NCBI GenBank assembly: GCA_038207565.1
Contig: JBBQZQ010000009.1
Location: forward strand, 13,128 to 77,127
DNA length: 64,000 nt
Reading direction: 5' to 3'
Source of the DNA: Mycobacteriales bacterium
Lineage (GTDB): Bacteria; Actinomycetota; Actinomycetes; Mycobacteriales; Jatrophihabitantaceae
Shown: positions 58,632 to 64,000 of the stretch, piece by piece
How the letters are laid out: the number at the start of each line of letters is the position of its first letter
Position numbering within the stretch: the first letter of the stretch is position 1
Position numbers and translations under genes: made by a program
The notes under the pieces: model-generated
The model's database searches: none
Told to the model about the DNA's origin: nothing
Seen by the model: the letters and a program-made list of their open reading frames with translations, nothing else

Positions 58632-58632
58632 C

Positions 58633-59487
58633 GTGCTCGATCTGCAGGCTGCCACCGACTACGTCGTCCTCGGCGACAGCTCGGACGTCCTGCCGACATT
58701 GGCCGACGCGTCGTTCCAGCTGGTCTACATCGATCCCCCCTTCAACACCGGCAAGGTGCAACAACGCGCCACCCTGCGGACGGTGCGCGACGACGCAGGA
58801 GATCGGACCGGTTTCGGCGGTCACCGCTATACGAGCGTCGAGACCGGCCGGCATTCCTACCTCGACGCCTACGAGGACTATCTCGGCTTCCTCGAGCCGC
58901 TGCTCATCGAGGCACGGCGCCTGCTCACCGACAGCGGCACCCTCTACCTGCATCTGGACTACCGCGAGGCCCACTACGTCAAGCTGCTGCTCGACGCGGT
59001 CTTCGGACGCGACTGCTTCCTGAACGAGATCATCTGGGCCTACGACTTCGGCGGACGGGCCCGCGACCGCTGGCCGGCCAAGCACGACACGATCCTCGTC
59101 TACGTGAAGACCCGCGGCGCGCACTTCTTCGACCAGGACGCGGTGGAGCGCATCCCCTACCTCGCTCCGGGCCTGGTCACCCCCGAGAAGGCCGCGCGTG
59201 GCAAGCTGCCGACCGACGTCTGGTGGCACACCATCGTCCCCACCAGCGGGCGCGAGCGGACCGGCTACCCGAACCAGAAACCCGAGGGCGTCGTGCAGCG
59301 GATCGTGCAGGCGTCAACGCGTCCCGGCGACCGCGTGCTCGACTTCTTCTCCGGCAGCGGGACGACCGGTGCTGTCGCCACCCGCCTCGGGCGGCGTTAC
59401 GTGATCATCGACAGCAACCCCGACGCCGTCCACGTCATGCAGAAGCGGCTGCCGGACGCGCAATTGGTGCGGTCAATTCCGGACTGA
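58633..59487 (+). CDS. Beta-class DNA methyltransferase (N4-cytosine / N6-adenine, PF01555-like), orphan
   Basis: Motif IV LVYIDPPFNTG is N-terminal and motif I VLDFFSGSGTTGAVA is C-terminal. GTG 58633 is the first start after the tRNA; the upstream part of track ORF 58351.. reads through the tRNA. No restriction enzyme gene is adjacent. Confidence 0.8.
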   Translation: MLDLQAATDYVVLGDSSDVLPTLADASFQLVYIDPPFNTGKVQQRATLRTVRDDAGDRTGFGGHRYTSVETGRHSYLDAYEDYLGFLEPLLIEARRLLTDSGTLYLHLDYREAHYVKLLLDAVFGRDCFLNEIIWAYDFGGRARDRWPAKHDTILVYVKTRGAHFFDQDAVERIPYLAPGLVTPEKAARGKLPTDVWWHTIVPTSGRERTGYPNQKPEGVVQRIVQASTRPGDRVLDFFSGSGTTGAVATRLGRRYVIIDSNPDAVHVMQKRLPDAQLVRSIPD

Positions 59488-61101
59488 CTCGTCCTCGTGA
59501 TGGCCGTGGTGATCGGCGTGGGCGATCGCAGGTAACGGCTCGCCCGGCACGGCCTGACCGGCCGGCGCGGCTCTGATGTCATGGCCGACCGAGGTCAGGC
59601 ACTTGCCGTCGGACAACCGCCACTTCCAACCGTGCATCTGGCAGGTGAGGACCCCGTCGTCGACGGAGCCGAACCGGGACAGGTCCGCCTTGAGGTGCGG
59701 GCAGCGCCGCTGGACGTCCCAGCCGTCCAGCGTGATGGTCTCCGCGGCCTCGCTGGCATTCTGCTCGGCGAACCAGCCCTCGGCGTAGTTGATCCGCTCC
59801 TCCGACAGACACTTGAAGAACAGGTAGACGTACTCGTTGTAGGGACCGATGCGCTGTGCGGAGAACCGGCAGGACAGAAACAGCGAGTTGCTCCAGTCCA
59901 CCTCGTGGTCGGCGATCTGCTGCTCGAGGTAGGCGCGCCGGGTACGGAAGAGGTAGCGCACTTTCTCCCCCGCGTAGGCCCGGACGTCGCGGGCCGCGAA
60001 GTCGATGAGAATGTCGACGTCGCCGCGCTCGGCGTCCTCGCAGGTCAGGCGCACGCCACCGTCGATGCCACCGGCGATGTGATCGGCTTCGCCCAGCAGC
60101 GGCGTGAACCACTCCTGCAGCCCGGCGAGGACGTCGATCTCCGGATGCGCCCAGCAAGCCTTCGCAGCCTCGACCTCGGGCATGCGGCGGGCCTGCATGT
60201 CCTTCAGGTAGGCGGTCTTGGTCTCGATCGAGGCGAAGATGGTCGCCGGGTCGTAGGGGTGCTCGACCGGACAGTCCGGCTGATCCAGCATCGCCACCGA
60301 ACCCGGCAGCAGCAGCCGCCCCTCGCCGTGGGCATGTGCGCGCAAGTAGTCGAGGTAGACCGTCTGGTCGGGGAAGATGTTGGCCTCGTCGCCAAAGATG
60401 TCGTTGAAGCCCCACAGCTCCTCGTCGAGAAAGCACGGCGGTCCCGCGGTCGGAAAAACGAACCGCGCGCCGAGCTCGTCGATGTAGCGCATGGTGCGGT
60501 CGAACTGCCGCTCGCGCTTGGCCTTGCCCAGTGCTTGCTTGGCGCGCTCGGGCAGCTCGTAGACCATGGGGAACCAGATGGCGCCGGAGAACTGGATCAG
60601 GTACCCGTCGACTGGGCCCAGCTCGGTGAAGGCGTCCAGTTCCGAGGGACGGGCGTCGTTCTGGTTCAGCACGCGATGGCGCCCGTCGTAGACCCACAGC
60701 GACGAGTCGCCGATCGGGCCGTCGGTCGGCGAGACCAACGACTGGATCATCACCTGCAACCCGTCGACATCGACCGGTTCGCCGTTCTGCGGCTTCACGA
60801 AGGAGGTGAAGCCGCAGTCGCGCAGCGCGTCCTCGAGTTCGGTGGTCGGGAAGTCGGGCAATAGCACCGTCGTCTTCTTGTCGACGTGCTTTCGCAGATT
60901 CTCCGGGTCGAAGTGGTCTTTGTGCAGGTGCGAGACGAACAGGTAGTCGGCGCGGCCGAACACGTCCCAATCGAGTTGCGAGTTGTCCGGGAACGGGAAC
61001 CAGGAGCCGAAGTAGGCGGGATTGACCCACGGGTCGGTCAGGATCGAGCCGTGCGCGGTCTCGATGAGCACGCTGGCATGGCCCAGTCCGGTGATGCGCA
61101 T
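59473..61101 (-). CDS. MBL-fold metallo-hydrolase fused to a C-terminal Rieske [2Fe-2S] domain
   Basis: N-terminal ITGLGHASVLIETAHGSILTDPW...DYLFVSHLHKDHFD (MBL HxHxDH-type). C-terminal CPHLKADLS...CQMHGWKW (CxH...CxxH Rieske). His-rich tail HADHHGHHEDE. Confidence 0.8.
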   Translation of the reverse strand: MRITGLGHASVLIETAHGSILTDPWVNPAYFGSWFPFPDNSQLDWDVFGRADYLFVSHLHKDHFDPENLRKHVDKKTTVLLPDFPTTELEDALRDCGFTSFVKPQNGEPVDVDGLQVMIQSLVSPTDGPIGDSSLWVYDGRHRVLNQNDARPSELDAFTELGPVDGYLIQFSGAIWFPMVYELPERAKQALGKAKRERQFDRTMRYIDELGARFVFPTAGPPCFLDEELWGFNDIFGDEANIFPDQTVYLDYLRAHAHGEGRLLLPGSVAMLDQPDCPVEHPYDPATIFASIETKTAYLKDMQARRMPEVEAAKACWAHPEIDVLAGLQEWFTPLLGEADHIAGGIDGGVRLTCEDAERGDVDILIDFAARDVRAYAGEKVRYLFRTRRAYLEQQIADHEVDWSNSLFLSCRFSAQRIGPYNEYVYLFFKCLSEERINYAEGWFAEQNASEAAETITLDGWDVQRRCPHLKADLSRFGSVDDGVLTCQMHGWKWRLSDGKCLTSVGHDIRAAPAGQAVPGEPLPAIAHADHHGHHEDESVRN

Positions 61102-61144
61102 GCCCCCACGGTATCCAGCGCCGCGGAGGTGCCAGAATGAGCCG

Positions 61145-61420
61145 GTGGCCGTGAACCCGCACAGCGAAAACGCTCACGGCGTGCCGGAGGCGCCCCCGGG
61201 CGAGCATCCGCACGACGATCCCCAGGACTGGGGCTGGCACGCCGAGTTCGGGCGATCCGCCCGCGTCGCGGGATGGGTCGTCGCGATCATCCTCGTGGTG
61301 ATGATCACCGCTACGCACTACAACCAGTCCGGTTCGTTGTGGTTGATCATCTTCGCCGTCGGCCTGATCGCGATCCTGATCTGGGACGTGCAGCGGCGCA
61401 AGAGCGCCTGGCGCAAGTAA
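61145..61420 (+). CDS. DUF2631 domain membrane protein
   Basis: GTG 61145. EHPHDDPQDWGWHAEFGRSARVAGWVVAIILVVMITATHYNQSG...IWDVQRRKSAWR is typical of DUF2631. Confidence 0.65.
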   Translation: MAVNPHSENAHGVPEAPPGEHPHDDPQDWGWHAEFGRSARVAGWVVAIILVVMITATHYNQSGSLWLIIFAVGLIAILIWDVQRRKSAWRK

Positions 61421-61551
61421 CGCACTCGCGACTCCCTCCCGATACCACCGGCGTTTCTGGCTGCGGCGGTTCCTCACCCGGCCGATGGACCGCTAGGTTC
61501 AGCACGCTCGATCGACCTGGGGTGTGACTGACGAAGCGCGGGGTAGAGGAC

Positions 61552-63237
61552 ATGACGGCAGATCGCTACGACTTCGTGGTCGTCGGTGGCGGGTCGGCCG
61601 GGTGCGCGCTCGCCAATCGACTCTCCGCCGATCCGGCGAACCGGGTCCTCGTCCTCGAGGCGGGCCGGCGCGATTCCCTGTGGGACGTGTTCATCCACAT
61701 GCCTGCGGCGTTGACCTTTCCGATCGGCAGCCGCTTCTACGACTGGAAGTACGAGTCCGAGCCCGAGCCGTACATGAACGGCCGGCGCATCTACCACGCC
61801 CGCGGCAAGGTGCTCGGGGGGTCCAGCAGCATCAACGGGATGATCTTCCAGCGGGGCAATCCGATGGACTACGAGCGCTGGGGCGCCGATCCGGGGATGC
61901 GAACCTGGGACTTCGCGCACTGCCTGCCCTACTTCCGCAAGATGGAGGACTGCCTGGCGGCCGCCGCGGACGACGACTTCCGCGGTCACGGCGGCCCGCT
62001 CACCCTCGAGCGCGGTCCTGCGACCAACCCGCTCTTCCAGGCGTTCTTCGACGCGACGGTCCAGGCCGGACATCCGCGCACCGACGACGTGAACGGCTAT
62101 CGGCAGGAGGGTTTCGCGGCCTTCGACCGCAACATCAAGCGGGGACGGCGGTGGTCGGCCGCGCGCGCCTACCTCCACCCGGTGCTGGGCCGGCCCAATC
62201 TCGACCTGGTCACCGGCGCCCTGGTCACCGGCGTGACCTTCGACGGCATGCGCGCCACGGGCGTCGAGTACGAGCGCGGCAGGAAACGGCTGGCGGCCGA
62301 GGCGGACACCGTGATCCTGTGCGGCGGGGCCATCAACACCCCGCAGCTGCTGCAGCTCTCCGGAATCGGCAACGCCGGCGAACTGGCGTCCCTCGGCATC
62401 GACGTCCGGCACGATCTGCCCGGCGTCGGCGAGAACCTGCAGGACCATCTCGAGGTCTACATCCAGTACACGTGCACCCAACCGGTGTCCATGCAGAAGT
62501 ACCTGAAGCTGCGCTACCGCCCGCTGATCGGCGCGCAGTGGCTGTTCGCGCGGCGCGGGCCCGGCGCCACGAACCACTTCGAGGGCGGCGGGTTCGCGCG
62601 GAGCAACGACGAGGTCGCGTACCCCAACCTGATGTTCCACTTCCTGCCGATCGCCGTACGCTACGACGGATCCGCACCGGCGTCCGGCGACGGGTATCAG
62701 GTGCACATCGGCCCGATGTACTCCGACGCGCGCGGCTCGGTGAAGATCACCGGCCGCGATCCGCATGCCCACCCGGCGCTGCGATTCAACTACCTCTCGA
62801 CCGAGCAGGACCGTCGCGAGTGGGTCGAGGCGGTCCGCGTCGCCCGGACCATCCTCGGCCAGGCGGCGATGGCTCCCTTCAACGGCGGTGAGACCTCGCC
62901 GGGCCCGTCCGTCGACACCGAGCAAGAGATCCTCGAGTGGGTGGCCAAGGACGGCGAGACCGCGCTGCATCCCTCGTGCACAGCCAAGATGGGTACCGAC
63001 GACCTCGCAGTCGTGGACCCGATGACCATGGGCGTGCACGGCCTGGACGGCCTGAAGGTCGTAGACGCATCGGTCATGCCCTACGTGCCCAACGGCAACA
63101 TCTATGCCCCCGTCATGATGGCCGCCGAGAAGGCGGCCGACCTGATCCTGGGCAACACCCCGCTCGCGCCGGTGGCCGCCGAGTTCTACCGCCACCAGCG
63201 GCGCGAACCCGCCGAGCCGGGTGACGGCACGCCATGA
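61552..63237 (+). CDS. betA: Choline dehydrogenase (GMC oxidoreductase)
   Basis: [23 protein letters not shown] motif, [14 protein letters not shown], and a C-terminal GMC signature (HPSCTAKMG...[10 protein letters not shown]). Confidence 0.88.
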   Translation: MTADRYDFVVVGGGSAGCALANRLSADPANRVLVLEAGRRDSLWDVFIHMPAALTFPIGSRFYDWKYESEPEPYMNGRRIYHARGKVLGGSSSINGMIFQRGNPMDYERWGADPGMRTWDFAHCLPYFRKMEDCLAAAADDDFRGHGGPLTLERGPATNPLFQAFFDATVQAGHPRTDDVNGYRQEGFAAFDRNIKRGRRWSAARAYLHPVLGRPNLDLVTGALVTGVTFDGMRATGVEYERGRKRLAAEADTVILCGGAINTPQLLQLSGIGNAGELASLGIDVRHDLPGVGENLQDHLEVYIQYTCTQPVSMQKYLKLRYRPLIGAQWLFARRGPGATNHFEGGGFARSNDEVAYPNLMFHFLPIAVRYDGSAPASGDGYQVHIGPMYSDARGSVKITGRDPHAHPALRFNYLSTEQDRREWVEAVRVARTILGQAAMAPFNGGETSPGPSVDTEQEILEWVAKDGETALHPSCTAKMGTDDLAVVDPMTMGVHGLDGLKVVDASVMPYVPNGNIYAPVMMAAEKAADLILGNTPLAPVAAEFYRHQRREPAEPGDGTP

Positions 63238-64000
63238 GCGAGCTCTACATCGCGGGGACGTGGCGGGCGGCAAGCGACGGCGGAGTCCGCGAGATCCATT
63301 GCCCGGCCGATGGCGAGCTGGTCGCGACCGTCGCCGAGGCGACCGCGGACGACACTGGCGCAGCTGTCGCCGCCGCACGCGCCGCCTTCGACTCCGGCCG
63401 GTGGCCGGGCACGCCGGAGGGAGAACGGGCCCAGCTGCTCTTCGATGTCGCCGACGTCATCGAGCGTGACAGCAAGGTCTTCGCCCGGACCGAATCACTC
63501 GACACCGGCAAGCGGCTGATCGAAGCCGAGTACGACATGGCGGACGTGATTGCGTGCATTCGCTACTACGCGGGCATCGGCGGCACCGCGGCCGGGCGGG
63601 TTGTCGACACCGGACGCCGGGACGCGATCAGCCGCATCGTCCACGAACCCGTCGGTGTCTGCGCGCTCATTACGCCGTGGAACTACCCACTGCTGCAGGC
63701 ATCGTGGAAATTTGCGCCCGCCCTACTGGCGGGCAACACCTTCGTCCTGAAACCGAGCGAACTGACCCCGTCGACGGCGATCCTGCTGATGAAGGCCTTC
63801 GACGAAGTCGGCCTGCCCGCCGGTGTGGCCAATCTGATCCTCGGCGCGGGGCCGGTCGCCGGGGCACCTCTCGGTTCATCCCGACGTGGACATGGTGTCG
63901 TTCACCGGTGGCGTCGAGACCGGGCGCTCGATCGCCGCGTCAGCAGCCGGAACGGTCAAGCGCGTCGCACTCGAACTCGGCGGCAAGAATCCCAACGTGG
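63234..64000 (+). CDS. betB: Betaine-aldehyde dehydrogenase, 5' part (runs off the right edge), with an apparent 1-nt frameshift near 63870
   Basis: ATG 63234 overlaps the betA stop (ATGA). Manual translation gives [16 protein letters not shown]...[42 protein letters not shown]...[11 protein letters not shown]. The aldehyde-dehydrogenase sequence then continues in the +1 frame ([42 protein letters not shown]). Confidence 0.8.
   Translation, partial: MSELYIAGTWRAASDGGVREIHCPADGELVATVAEATADDTGAAVAAARAAFDSGRWPGTPEGERAQLLFDVADVIERDSKVFARTESLDTGKRLIEAEYDMADVIACIRYYAGIGGTAAGRVVDTGRRDAISRIVHEPVGVCALITPWNYPLLQASWKFAPALLAGNTFVLKPSELTPSTAILLMKAFDEVGLPAGVANLILGAGPVAGAPLGSSRRGHGVVHRWRRDRALDRRVSSRNGQARRTRTRRQESQR

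Noticed and set aside
58351-58632. N-terminal extension of the methyltransferase ORF
   Set aside because: The in-frame extension reads straight through the tRNA gene (58559-58631) and has no methyltransferase similarity. The start was moved to GTG 58633.
58559-61101. Integrated mobile element at the tRNA
   Set aside because: There is no integrase, recombinase or excisionase. I saw no direct repeat of the tRNA 3' half downstream, and the GC content looks native. Only the tRNA-methyltransferase adjacency is suggestive, so it is reported as an observation rather than as a mobile element.
61474-63378. 634-aa minus-strand ORF
   Set aside because: It is antisense to betA, which has unambiguous GMC oxidoreductase motifs. 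It is a shadow ORF.

Overview
High-GC (about 70% by eye, not computed) actinobacterial chromosomal core region. Nearly all conserved genes are on the minus strand, and many neighbours overlap by 1-8 nt at stop/start codons (ATGA, GTGA, TTGA). Gene order matches, from memory, the conserved block known in Mycobacterium tuberculosis as Rv2745c-Rv2870c: clgR, pgsA, rimO, argA-like GNAT, ftsK, dapA, thyX, dapB, M16 peptidase, pnp, rpsO, ribF, truB, MATE/dinF, rbfA, infB, ylxR, nusA, rimP, two Ala-rich DUF4439-type genes, an ABC exporter pair, ispG, rip1 and dxr. Interspersed are a sulfate ABC operon (sbp-cysTWA) with a coupled Rrf2 regulator and macro-domain gene, pxpABC, pit plus DUF47, purU, bcp, betA/betB and several small conserved DUF genes. 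I see no CRISPR array, rRNA, transposase, integrase or recognisable defence or biosynthetic cluster, so I cannot support a clear novel multi-gene system here. The observations worth a second look are local. (1) A tRNA with Leu anticodon UAG but a short variable loop lies 2 nt from an orphan DNA methyltransferase. (2) A roughly 59-bp palindromic intergenic element occurs twice. (3) Four short tandem-repeat loci sit exactly at gene junctions, and three of them contain the upstream gene's stop codon. (4) purU has no ATG/GTG/TTG start available for its ACT domain, which implies a CTG start overlapping the upstream stop. (5) A roughly 3.2-kb accessory insertion lies between rpsO and ribF and contains a multiply frameshifted eda relic, an SRPBCC gene, a LuxR regulator and a secreted cupredoxin-like protein. 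(6) betB has an apparent 1-nt frameshift. All product calls come from reading the supplied translations and recalling family motifs; no database search was run.
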